From a virus: a stretch of 38,412 nucleotides of DNA. This document shows, piece after piece, positions 26,895-34,997 of the stretch (its first letter is position 1; every line of letters begins with the position of its first letter). The DNA is taken from IMG/VR virus record IMGVR_UViG_3300045988_127166, positions 1 to 38,412 of that record. One strand, 5' to 3'. Position numbers and translations under genes: made by a program. The notes under the pieces were generated by a model. It searched no databases, was not told the DNA's origin, and was given only the letters and a program-made list of their open reading frames with translations.

Positions 26895-27535
26895 TATTCT
26901 TCACTCCCTTCTTCTGTGCAGCCCTCTGTCACCCTGCTTGACCACAGATCCGCATAGTGCAGGATCAGGTACAGTGGTGTTTCGTGTCCTTTGACCCCAT
27001 AATTGGCTGTTTCATATAATCCGTCATGATATCTGATTGCAAATTCTTCATCTTCCGTCAGGTCAATGAAGAACGTAGCCAGCTTAATGCTACGTGTGGC
27101 GTGGTCAATGGGAAGCAATACCGGATTGCGCTTATACGGCTTTGCCTCGGACACCTTACCTGATTTCAGCACATTTGGTACATACATCTGTTTTCCATAA
27201 TCACCGCATTTTCCAAGGTCATGCAGTGCTGCAGCGATAGTAACTGAATCACTGATCTCCTCAAATCTTTCATCTCCTAACAGTGCACGTCCAACACTCT
27301 CTGCCGCCACCATTACATTGCGAGTGTGCTGCACAAGTCCAAATTCACAGCACAAATGATTTCCACCACTACAGGGTGCTGAGAAAAATCCAATATCCTC
27401 CATATACTGAATCAGACCCTTTATCCCCACACGCCCTGTCGCCAGCAGACGATCTGTCACAAATTTCTTGTTATCAAGCTCCTTTGAATTTGCCATTGCA
27501 TCTGTGGTCGCATCTTCTTTTTTCTTTGTTGCCAT
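26894..27535 (-). CDS. HD-domain phosphohydrolase
   Basis: AALHDLGK and RYHDG motifs. Confidence 0.75.
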   Translation of the reverse strand: MATKKKEDATTDAMANSKELDNKKFVTDRLLATGRVGIKGLIQYMEDIGFFSAPCSGGNHLCCEFGLVQHTRNVMVAAESVGRALLGDERFEEISDSVTIAAALHDLGKCGDYGKQMYVPNVLKSGKVSEAKPYKRNPVLLPIDHATRSIKLATFFIDLTEDEEFAIRYHDGLYETANYGVKGHETPLYLILHYADLWSSRVTEGCTEEGSEE

Positions 27536-27539
27536 CTTC

Positions 27540-27902
27540 TCATTCTCCTTTTCCTAACTTTATTTTCCAACGCTGCTGTTCCATAATATTGGATACATAC
27601 CAAGCATTAAGAACACTTTTATGTTCATTGAACTCCTTGAACTTTTCAAAATCTTTGGGGTATAGTAAAATTCCATATCCTCCGGCCTCCTGTATCATTG
27701 ACAGGTGTTTTAACTGCAACAGGGACGGGGAACCTCCTTCGGCCTTGACCTCGATCCCCATGAACACCCCACGGTCACAGACTATCAGGTCAGGTATTCC
27801 GCTTTTTGTAAAACCACCGCCACCCCAGTATTTCAGGAACCACGCCTTTCTTTCTTCAAGGTACTTTTTGACCTTATTCTCGAATTGTTTTTCTGCCGCC
27901 AT
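27540..27902 (-). CDS. VRR-NUC domain nuclease
   Basis: GIPDLIV...GIEVKAEGG..S..Q is a PD-(D/E)xK pattern. Commonly paired with an SNF2 helicase in this replication module. ATG at 27902 behind GAAGGG. Confidence 0.75.
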   Translation of the reverse strand: MAAEKQFENKVKKYLEERKAWFLKYWGGGGFTKSGIPDLIVCDRGVFMGIEVKAEGGSPSLLQLKHLSMIQEAGGYGILLYPKDFEKFKEFNEHKSVLNAWYVSNIMEQQRWKIKLGKGE

Positions 27903-27904
27903 CT

Positions 27905-28513
27905 TCACCCTTCTTTCTTTGTGCTGAAATAATGGTCACCTATCTTCTCCCACGCCTTACCACATGGGTGAAATCCCTCACTGGTAAAGTACAACACATC
28001 GTAATTTGTCCGCTGATCCAGTTCTTCACGAATCGCCTGAAAGGTTTCTTCTGTCGGCTCCATTTCCCAGATCCGGCCATCCAGAACCACACTGAATTGG
28101 TTCTTCTGCATGATCACATCCGTAATATTGTCCGGAAAGTCTTCATCATCGACCCGGTTCAGGATCACGTCACATACATACTTCTTACCAATCAGCCCCT
28201 GATTCCCAGCTTCCGCTTCCACGCAAAGTGCAAGCAATTCAAGACTGTCAAAATACTCCTCCTCTGCCAGATCTTCCGTTGTCATTTCATAATTTTGAAA
28301 ATCAACATTCAAAGATTCCACTTCCACTGCCGGTTGCTCAGCCGGTTCAGTCAGTTCAGTCTTAACGCTGAACTGTTCAACCAAGACCAGCTCATGATAG
28401 GTCGGGACAGGTACGGGATTCTGCTGGTGTACTGCATACAGGGAAAGTGGTAATCCCACAAGCACACCGATCAGAATGCTAAGAGTATTCCTTTTCAAAT
28501 AAGTAATCATCAT
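27905..28513 (-). CDS. Membrane-anchored SleB/CwlJ-type cell wall hydrolase
   Basis: N-terminal TM segment LSILIGVLVGLPLSLYAV, then LLALCVEAEAGNQGLIGKKYVCDVILNRV...QKNQFS (SleB-type hydrolase signature). Confidence 0.7.
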   Translation of the reverse strand: MMITYLKRNTLSILIGVLVGLPLSLYAVHQQNPVPVPTYHELVLVEQFSVKTELTEPAEQPAVEVESLNVDFQNYEMTTEDLAEEEYFDSLELLALCVEAEAGNQGLIGKKYVCDVILNRVDDEDFPDNITDVIMQKNQFSVVLDGRIWEMEPTEETFQAIREELDQRTNYDVLYFTSEGFHPCGKAWEKIGDHYFSTKKEG

Positions 28514-29837
28514 ACTCCTTTCCGAGCCTTAAATTTATCAGGTTCTTTTCCTCGATCGTCCCCTTCGCCAACAGATAATAATAAAAACATTTACGTTTCT
28601 GTCCGATCCGGTGTATACGCTTTTTGGATTGCTGCCAGAGATCACAGGATCCCTTCCCGAAAGGGAGCGTAAAATATACGATTTTGTTACCTTTCTGCAG
28701 GTTCAACCCCATGGCTCCGGCCTGATACTGAACGAATAAAACAGCATCATCCTTTTCCTCATAGGCTTTCTGATCCTTCACATGACCGTTTACCACACCG
28801 ATCGGCCGCTCCTGCTGCTTGGCTATCCGCATCAGTTGTTCCAGTTCTGCAGTGAAGTTATAAAACACCACAAGCCTGTCCCCGGTCGATTCAAGCAGGT
28901 CTGAAAATGCCACCAGCTTTTCCTTGGAATACTGACCACACAACTGTCTCGCATATAAAAACTTGGTAAGTATGGTGTCACCTATAAGTTCAACTCTTGG
29001 AGTTACGTCCTGACCATAAAAGTCTGAATCATCTCTGAATTCACAGAGGTTCAACGTATCAATGGTAATAACACCATGCTTCATAAATTTCTTGTATTCT
29101 TCGGAAGTGTTGACGTTTAGGATAATTTCGTTCTGTTCTGGCAGAGTGAGCACTTCCTCTGTCTTTATAAACACTGCCCCGTGAGAGATCAGCTTCTTTT
29201 TCAGCCGCTGCGTATTTTTGTAGCCTGTAACTCGCTGTCTTTTAAAACCGGTGTTTCTGTCCTCAGCCCATTCTGTTTCTATGTAACTATTCCAGTAGGC
29301 CTTTTTGGAAATATCCCATCCAAGCAGGCAGCACTGTGACCATAACTTCTCATACTTACCGGCAGACGGTGTTCCTGATAATAGGATCACATTTTCAGGC
29401 TTCATTCTCAGCACGGCCTTTGACCGTTTAGCTGTTTCGTTCCGGATCATCTGTGATTCATCCAACAGCAAGGTAAAGTGCTTCATATGGGCGATATATG
29501 ACCTTCTGAACAGCAAATCATAGTTAATCACTCCAACCACATATGCGTTAGAAAGAACCCCACCCTGTCCCTGCATGATTTTGCAGAAAATCTCGCTGTC
29601 CTTTTTCTTGGTCAGATCCAGAACCATATACTCGCCCGGATAGTTGTTACTAAAATGATTAATCCAGTCCTCTACCTTTGACTTCTGGCACACCACAAGG
29701 TTATGCAGTGTATCGAGCTGATACATTTTTTCAGATCCGACAAATGTTTTGCCAAGCCCCATGTCAAGGAAGTAACCAACCCGATTAAAACCCTCAGTAT
29801 CCTTCAACACCTGTTTCTGATGTTCATATAGCTGCAT
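28479..29837 (-). CDS. SNF2-family helicase
   Basis: LYEHQK, DMGLGKT (motif I), LLLDESQ (motif II), C-terminal helicase motifs (QAGAMGLNLQ, RIHRIGQ). ATG behind AAGGAG. Confidence 0.85.
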   Translation of the reverse strand: MQLYEHQKQVLKDTEGFNRVGYFLDMGLGKTFVGSEKMYQLDTLHNLVVCQKSKVEDWINHFSNNYPGEYMVLDLTKKKDSEIFCKIMQGQGGVLSNAYVVGVINYDLLFRRSYIAHMKHFTLLLDESQMIRNETAKRSKAVLRMKPENVILLSGTPSAGKYEKLWSQCCLLGWDISKKAYWNSYIETEWAEDRNTGFKRQRVTGYKNTQRLKKKLISHGAVFIKTEEVLTLPEQNEIILNVNTSEEYKKFMKHGVITIDTLNLCEFRDDSDFYGQDVTPRVELIGDTILTKFLYARQLCGQYSKEKLVAFSDLLESTGDRLVVFYNFTAELEQLMRIAKQQERPIGVVNGHVKDQKAYEEKDDAVLFVQYQAGAMGLNLQKGNKIVYFTLPFGKGSCDLWQQSKKRIHRIGQKRKCFYYYLLAKGTIEEKNLINLRLGKEYDDYLFEKEYS

Positions 29838-29842
29838 TACGG

Positions 29843-30769
29843 TCACTCCTTCATACCTTCGATCTTGATGCCAGTGCATTCCTCAAATATATCAGGGTCA
29901 AAATTTGGAAGATCTTTGATGCAGCCTTTTTCCTCATCTGTCAATCCGTCCCACCAGAGCTGACCGCTCTCGGATTCATCAAGTTCCTTCAAATAGCCGC
30001 CGGTTGTCTCGTATGTCGGATATGTGGTCTTTTCCTCATCCGTCATATCCCCCTCAGGAATCCATTCAACGACCTTTTTGGGGATGTGGGCTAATAACCG
30101 TCTTGCCTTTGAGAACAACCAGTCATTCCATGTCCATGACGAAGGTTTATCAAAAAACATGACCGGCTGTGCTATTGTACAGAAGCATCCTGTGGATCGG
30201 TCACAAGTGTTCCAGTCCCCGGTGTTCCTGTCCCCGGTGTTGCAGTCCCCGGTGTTCCTGTTCCCGGTGTTCCAGTCCCCGGTGTTCCTGTCCCCGGTGT
30301 TCCTGTCCCCGGTGTTGCAGTCCCCGGTGTTCCTGTTCCCGGTGTTCCAGTCCCCGGTGTTCCTGTCCCCGGTGTTCCTGTCCCCGGTGTTGCAGTCCCC
30401 GGTGTTCCTGTTCCCGGTGTTCCAGTCCCCGGTGTTCCTGTCCCCGGTGTTGCAGAGACCTGTGCAATCTTTCCCAATATTTACGATAGTCAGCAGCTCT
30501 GACCATGGGATCTCACGCACAATCTTAATTTTGTTTGTACAGGACTTATTACCATCTGTGGCAACATCTCCCAGTGCAATGACCTCTGCCACTTTGTTAT
30601 TAGAATCGAAGTCATAATAATCGAAGCAATCAGATGCCTTTTCGCAGAAGTGAAAACCTCTATTACAACAGGATGGCGTTACATCCTCTTCAAAAATCTT
30701 TCCGACCTCATACTGAAAGTTCCTACAAGTCCAATCAGGTTTAAACACTTTATATCCTTTTACGCTCAT
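29843..30769 (-). CDS. Phage protein with a conserved Cys-containing N-domain and a central NTGDx pentapeptide-type repeat array
   Basis: N-terminus KGYKVFKPDWTCRNFQYEVGKIFEE...CCNRGFHFCE, then ~17 consecutive five-residue units (NTGDR/NTGDW/NTGNR/NTGDC), then an acidic Trp-rich C-terminus. Confidence 0.75.
   Translation of the reverse strand: MSVKGYKVFKPDWTCRNFQYEVGKIFEEDVTPSCCNRGFHFCEKASDCFDYYDFDSNNKVAEVIALGDVATDGNKSCTNKIKIVREIPWSELLTIVNIGKDCTGLCNTGDRNTGDWNTGNRNTGDCNTGDRNTGDRNTGDWNTGNRNTGDCNTGDRNTGDRNTGDWNTGNRNTGDCNTGDRNTGDWNTCDRSTGCFCTIAQPVMFFDKPSSWTWNDWLFSKARRLLAHIPKKVVEWIPEGDMTDEEKTTYPTYETTGGYLKELDESESGQLWWDGLTDEEKGCIKDLPNFDPDIFEECTGIKIEGMKE
30206..30452. repeat. Tandem repeat: 15-nt units (gtgttNNNgtYcccg) x ~16.5, organised as 75-nt higher-order units
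   Basis: 30266-30340 and 30341-30415 are identical. The flanking units are partial copies of the same pattern. In frame within CDS 29843-30769. Confidence 0.9.
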
Positions 30770-30771
30770 AT

Positions 30772-31197
30772 CTACACCGCCTCTTCTAAGGGAATCGAAA
30801 TCCCTTCAATTTCTGCAAATCTTGTCGCATTAATGAAGTACGACCACCTGTGTTCACTGGTATGGATCGCATACCCCCAAGGGAAGACCCCCTGCTGCAG
30901 CCCCTGTGCGATAGTGTTCTTATGCTTGTGCATCAGTCTCGCCACATCAGCAATCTGTAAAGTCGGGATCCCTCCGTTCCTGATCGCTTTCACCATCTGA
31001 ATAGGTTCATCCTTCTCAAAGTAATCAGCAGGGAGTCCCAGTGCGAGGGCTATCTCGGTCTGCCCTTTTTCTGTAGGAACCTGCTTACCTGACAAATACT
31101 GACTGATGCTCGCCTTACTCTTACCAGTCAGGCCAACCACCTGCATCTGTGTGATCCCCAGTTCTGACATTGCCTTTTTCAATTTCTGGTTGAACAT
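30772..31197 (-). CDS. Xre-type HTH protein with a second C-terminal HTH-like segment
   Basis: ELGITQMQVVGLTGKSKASISQYLSGKQVP, and a C-terminal LQIADVARLMHKHKNTIAQGLQQGVFPWGY (excisionase/MerR-like). Confidence 0.65.
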   Translation of the reverse strand: MFNQKLKKAMSELGITQMQVVGLTGKSKASISQYLSGKQVPTEKGQTEIALALGLPADYFEKDEPIQMVKAIRNGGIPTLQIADVARLMHKHKNTIAQGLQQGVFPWGYAIHTSEHRWSYFINATRFAEIEGISIPLEEAV

Positions 31198-31232
31198 TTC
31201 TTAACTCCTTTCTTGTGTGCAGTTAATTTAAT

Positions 31233-31439
31233 TTAACTACCCGTATAAAAATTTTTCGTTTCATCAGATAACTTCTCGATCCGACTCAACCCATCTACTC
31301 CAAAATACACCACTGCTTTCGCTTCGGCTGGAAGCTCAAGATCTGAATTCTGCAGGAGAGTGAAGAGGTTCTTCAATTCCCCGGCCAGTGTATTGATCTG
31401 AAATAAGGCGATCTCTCTATTATTTTCCAAGCTGTTCAC
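31233..31439 (-). CDS. Hypothetical early protein
   Basis: 68-aa ORF on the coding strand, overlapping the upstream ORF end. Confidence 0.45.
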   Translation of the reverse strand: MNSLENNREIALFQINTLAGELKNLFTLLQNSDLELPAEAKAVVYFGVDGLSRIEKLSDETKNFYTGS

Positions 31440-31623
31440 CTTCCTCCCTTAATGGAAACCAGTTTTTGTTGTACTGCTTCCTGACTCTCATTCTGACCCC
31501 ATCCCGGCTGATAACGGAAAACCGCTGTTTGGATGCTTTCAGTTCCCTGATGTATTCATCAGCTTCATTGACAGAATCAAATATCAAAATTTGTTCAATC
31601 CAAGCTGCTTCAATGTGTTTCAT
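31420..31623 (-). CDS. Hypothetical early protein
   Basis: MKHIEAAWIEQ... ATG behind an AAAGGAG RBS. The longer track ORF lacks an RBS and overlaps the upstream gene. Confidence 0.5.
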   Translation of the reverse strand: MKHIEAAWIEQILIFDSVNEADEYIRELKASKQRFSVISRDGVRMRVRKQYNKNWFPLREEGEQLGK

Positions 31624-31640
31624 CTGTCTTTTTCTCCTTT

Positions 31641-32963
31641 CTAACAAGACCCACCATCTGCCCCATGAAAAGCACCAACAGGATATTGCCAATTTTCTAC
31701 ATAAATGTCGTTTACAGTAAAATCACCTGTCGTGATTGAATGAATTGCTTCTTTATCATCCCAACAGACACAGGATTCAGCACATCCAACAAATTCGTCA
31801 AGATTCTTTTTATTATCCAGTGTGAACCCAAGAACTTCTTCATCATTCCTTAGTGCAGCATAATCATCAGGAAAAAGTTCTTTTACTCCGGCAAATAACC
31901 GGGGTGTTGAAAATATGCACATCATGCAACTGCATCTGTTCCAACCTATCCTGTAACACGGATGTGGGTTTATATGATGTCGTTTCAGCAATTCCCACAC
32001 ATCCTTTTCAGAATAATCAATGCAACACCGCCATTGATGAACAATTCTGTGTGCCTTGGCTTCTGCATTGGTGCGATGTATTTCCATTTCATTGTACTTT
32101 GACCGTCCGGCTGATTCTCCACGGCGTTCACCTGAAACAATCAAGATTTTCTTGTCACGCTTGGTTTCTTCAAGGTTGGCTGTCACACTGTCCTGAACTG
32201 CTGCTTTTAAGTTACCACTGCACCAACGCCCCGAATGTGTACCACCCTTTGCCGGGAATTTATGTCTCTTACCGCCCAGTTTTTCAAGTTCACCAAGGCG
32301 GTCAAGATTACTTACAATTGTATCTGCAACACATATTTTCAGATATGCGGAACACCAACGACGTGACAGATCACCAGTTTTTGCCGGGAACTTCATTCTA
32401 TAACCATACTGTTTCAGAAGTTCTTCCATTTCTTCTGCTACCTGTTCTTTCAGTTCCTTGCATTTCAGATAATTACCTGACAATTTACACTGCTTAACAT
32501 CCCCGGTATTAGGGTCAATCCATTCAATAGGTTCTGATGCACCTATACGATATAATTCACCAAAGAAGCCGTTCACCCTGTATGAAACCCTTAATTTGAC
32601 ACCTTCTGCATCAGCTAATGCTTTCACATAATTCTGTGTACATTTCCAATCCATTCTTCTTGAAGGGTGTCCACCATCAATATCATGATGCCAAAACTCT
32701 ATTTTTTCTTTTGGTACACCTAATTCAAGGAGTTTCAAATAACAGGCAATTGAATCTTTTCCACCTGAAATTAGTACAACAATCAAATCATATTCTTCTA
32801 GTGGTAACAATTCAGGAAGATATATTTTCTTAAAATGTTCAGAATCCTTTCTTCCTTCCACTCTTGGTTTTATCCTTATATTTTTGCCATATATCGGTAA
32901 ATCTTGCTTTCCTAATGTCACTGGTGTTGCCTTTGTACAATCTGAATCTTTTATAAATTCCAT
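31641..32963 (-). CDS. PP-loop ATPase / PAPS-reductase-family protein
   Basis: PP-loop VVLISGGKDS. Two copies of a KFPAK.G..S.RWCS..LK motif. Cys-rich C-terminus. Confidence 0.7.
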   Translation of the reverse strand: MEFIKDSDCTKATPVTLGKQDLPIYGKNIRIKPRVEGRKDSEHFKKIYLPELLPLEEYDLIVVLISGGKDSIACYLKLLELGVPKEKIEFWHHDIDGGHPSRRMDWKCTQNYVKALADAEGVKLRVSYRVNGFFGELYRIGASEPIEWIDPNTGDVKQCKLSGNYLKCKELKEQVAEEMEELLKQYGYRMKFPAKTGDLSRRWCSAYLKICVADTIVSNLDRLGELEKLGGKRHKFPAKGGTHSGRWCSGNLKAAVQDSVTANLEETKRDKKILIVSGERRGESAGRSKYNEMEIHRTNAEAKAHRIVHQWRCCIDYSEKDVWELLKRHHINPHPCYRIGWNRCSCMMCIFSTPRLFAGVKELFPDDYAALRNDEEVLGFTLDNKKNLDEFVGCAESCVCWDDKEAIHSITTGDFTVNDIYVENWQYPVGAFHGADGGSC

Positions 32964-33002
32964 GCTTGTCCTTTCTTACTAAACTTACTTGGATTATTAA
33001 GG

Positions 33003-33653
33003 TTACCATTTTGTACTACACCCATCACCCAACCTTTTCACATTCGCCTGATAAACGATGAAATCCTCATATGTCGGTAGTGGCTTACCTCTTCCACGTT
33101 CATGCGAGAAAATATAGTCAATCATGCCATAGACATCCTGCAAGGTTGTTTCCTTCGGCTTAATGAAGCATGCCGGAAGCTGCACACCAAACTGATCACA
33201 GATCTTCTTGACTGCTGTTGCGATCTCAGTGGGGGATGCACCCTGCTCTTTCATCGTTTCCCGAGTAACTTTGATCAGGTTGACCACCTCACCAACAGAG
33301 GTTGCCTTTGGAGTATAACCCGGTGCCTCATAATGACCTGTTTTCCGGATTGCCGGAAGCACTTCACTGGTGACCCAGTGCTTGAACTTCTTCGCACTCG
33401 GCAGCTTACTCGATAAGATCAGGGAATACATACCAGACTCATTGATAACCACCATGCGCTGTGTTCCTCCAAGGGTGTCACAATTCGTTACCCCCTTATC
33501 TTCACCATCAACATGATCTACCAATGCCTTACGAGTATTTACATATCCAAGTGCGTCTGCAATGTCTTTACCTACGAACCATGGTACACCGTCAATAGTG
33601 ACTGTCCGGATGTTTCCGAACTCTGAGTTACTAAATACCTGTAATTCATTCAT
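33003..33653 (-). CDS. Bro-N domain antirepressor-like protein
   Basis: LQVFSNSEFGNIRTVTIDGVPWFVGKDIADALGY.NTRKAL..HVD is the Bro-N signature. Confidence 0.8.
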   Translation of the reverse strand: MNELQVFSNSEFGNIRTVTIDGVPWFVGKDIADALGYVNTRKALVDHVDGEDKGVTNCDTLGGTQRMVVINESGMYSLILSSKLPSAKKFKHWVTSEVLPAIRKTGHYEAPGYTPKATSVGEVVNLIKVTRETMKEQGASPTEIATAVKKICDQFGVQLPACFIKPKETTLQDVYGMIDYIFSHERGRGKPLPTYEDFIVYQANVKRLGDGCSTKW

Positions 33654-33798
33654 TTTCCTTATTTTCTCCTTCCTGCTTTACTCTGTTCTGCTCTTCCATA
33701 GTTTCAGCGATCCCATACAGCCGACCTTTCTGAAAATCTGACATCTTGGGAACCGCCTCTAAGATGGTCTCAAGAGCTTTCTTTTCCTTTTCTGACAT
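33646..33798 (-). CDS. Small acidic hypothetical protein
   Basis: MSEKEKKALETILEAVPKMSDF... behind an AAGGAGG RBS. Confidence 0.5.
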   Translation of the reverse strand: MSEKEKKALETILEAVPKMSDFQKGRLYGIAETMEEQNRVKQEGENKENE

Positions 33799-33924
33799 TA
33801 TAGCTACCTCCTTCCTTTCAGATTTTTCAATTAAGCATTTCTTCCTCTGACTTTGCTGATAACCTGCCATCATCAGATGTAAGGCAGTCACCCCTTACAT
33901 GACGGCCATTTCTGGCCGTTTCGG

Positions 33925-34542
33925 CTATTCCTCTTCCATCTCCATTTCACAGTCCATACAGGAGATCCTGACCACTTTTGTTGCCCGGACGATGGTGCCG
34001 CAGCAAGGACAAACATATTTCCGGGAACTCTGTGAAGATGTTTTCTTTGTCTTGATATTCGCTGCTGAATCCCTGTAAATCCCAAACCCTGTATCACCAA
34101 GGCCGCTGATGAACTGTTTTGCCTCTTCATTCAGGTGGGTGATCGTCCACCCATACTTGGGATGCTGCTCAATAATAAGACCATGCTGTTCAGCCACTTC
34201 TTTGAACTTTTTATTGTGATATGTACCACCCCGGCTGGTATCCTTGACCCCATTCTGCAGGTTCCAAAGATGAACCATCTCATGGAGCAGTGTTCCGCAA
34301 AGTTCCTCGAATGTCCTTGTGAGATGCTCTGCACAGATGTTAATTTCATAGTACCCTGCGTCTTTATCTTCATTTCCGGCTTCTTTCCATGCTTTCCAAG
34401 ATGTACACCAGCCATAAGCCCCTTTTGTGCTGTCCGGACTGACTGTGATTACCGGATTCTGCAGATCACCGCCATAGAAACGATCATTAAATTTTGAAAA
34501 TAACTTTTCAAGTTTATCAATTACCGGTTTTAATGATTCCAT
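33925..34542 (-). CDS. SprT-like zinc metallopeptidase with C-terminal zinc ribbon
   Basis: LLHEMVHLWN (HExxH) and C-terminal CPCCG...CMDC. Start at MESL, 9 nt behind GGAAGG. Confidence 0.75.
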   Translation of the reverse strand: MESLKPVIDKLEKLFSKFNDRFYGGDLQNPVITVSPDSTKGAYGWCTSWKAWKEAGNEDKDAGYYEINICAEHLTRTFEELCGTLLHEMVHLWNLQNGVKDTSRGGTYHNKKFKEVAEQHGLIIEQHPKYGWTITHLNEEAKQFISGLGDTGFGIYRDSAANIKTKKTSSQSSRKYVCPCCGTIVRATKVVRISCMDCEMEMEEE

Positions 34543-34543
34543 A

Positions 34544-34807
34544 TCAGTCATCCTTCCTTTCTCTCTTAAACAGCCAGTCTGTTTCATCTTCCGTACAAAC
34601 CCCACAATATTCGTCTGTTCTGCTGAAATAATACTCAACCCCATAAAACTGCTTCATCGCCAACTGATATATTTCCCACTGCGCCTGACATTGCCGTGCA
34701 TCATCTCTTTCTCTTTTCTCAAGGTAAAAATCCCAAGCAATAACGCATTCTTCTAATCGACTACCAAACTCTGTTTTCAGGAACTTTTCTTTATTTAACT
34801 TCATCAT
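34544..34807 (-). CDS. First gene of the leftward early operon, function unknown
   Basis: 87-aa ORF directly downstream of the PL-like promoter. Confidence 0.55.
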   Translation of the reverse strand: MMKLNKEKFLKTEFGSRLEECVIAWDFYLEKRERDDARQCQAQWEIYQLAMKQFYGVEYYFSRTDEYCGVCTEDETDWLFKRERKDD

Positions 34808-34850
34808 GGCTTTTATCCTCTCTTTTTATGTTCTGTTTGCTTTGTTTCTT

Positions 34851-34934
34851 GTGACTATGTCATTACTATAAATGACTTTGTCACAGTTGTCAATAGTTTT
34901 TTGTGACTTTGTACATTTTTTCTGACTTAGTCAC
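34851..34934. promoter_or_regulatory. Four operator sites, consensus (G/A)TGACTTTGTCAC
   Basis: gtgactatgtcat 34851-63, atgactttgtcac 34872-84, gtgactttgtaca 34903-15, ctgacttagtcac 34922-34. All lie in the divergent intergenic region. Confidence 0.7.
34865..34893 (-). promoter_or_regulatory. Leftward early promoter (TTGACA-17-TATAGT)
   Basis: -35 at 34893..34888 and -10 at 34870..34865 on the minus strand. Operator O2 lies in the spacer and O1 just downstream. Confidence 0.65.
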
Positions 34935-34942
34935 ATTTTCTG

Positions 34943-34971
34943 TTGACGTTAAATGAATTTAACTATATAAT
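34943..34971 (+). promoter_or_regulatory. Rightward promoter (TTGACG-17-TATAAT)
   Basis: -35 at 34943-48, -10 at 34966-71, about 27 nt upstream of the ATG at 34998. Confidence 0.65.
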
Positions 34972-34997
34972 TGGTGACAAGAAAAGAGGTGAAACTA

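Noticed and set aside
30206-30452. Regularly spaced short repeats that could be mistaken for a CRISPR array
   Set aside because: The units are contiguous 15-mers with no spacers. They sit in frame inside a CDS, and no cas genes or leader are present.
30169-30617. Alternative-frame ORFs through the tandem repeat: a Cys/Pro/Arg-rich one, a GTP-rich one, an HRGQE-rich one and a plus-strand PVF-rich one
   Set aside because: All are artefacts of the 15-nt periodicity keeping every frame open. Only the NTGDx frame is continuous with conserved N- and C-terminal domains and is properly coupled to its neighbours.
33888-34415. Minus-strand ORFs 33888-34130 and 34131-34415
   Set aside because: They are alternative frames inside the SprT-like gene, whose own frame carries the HExxH and the zinc ribbon.
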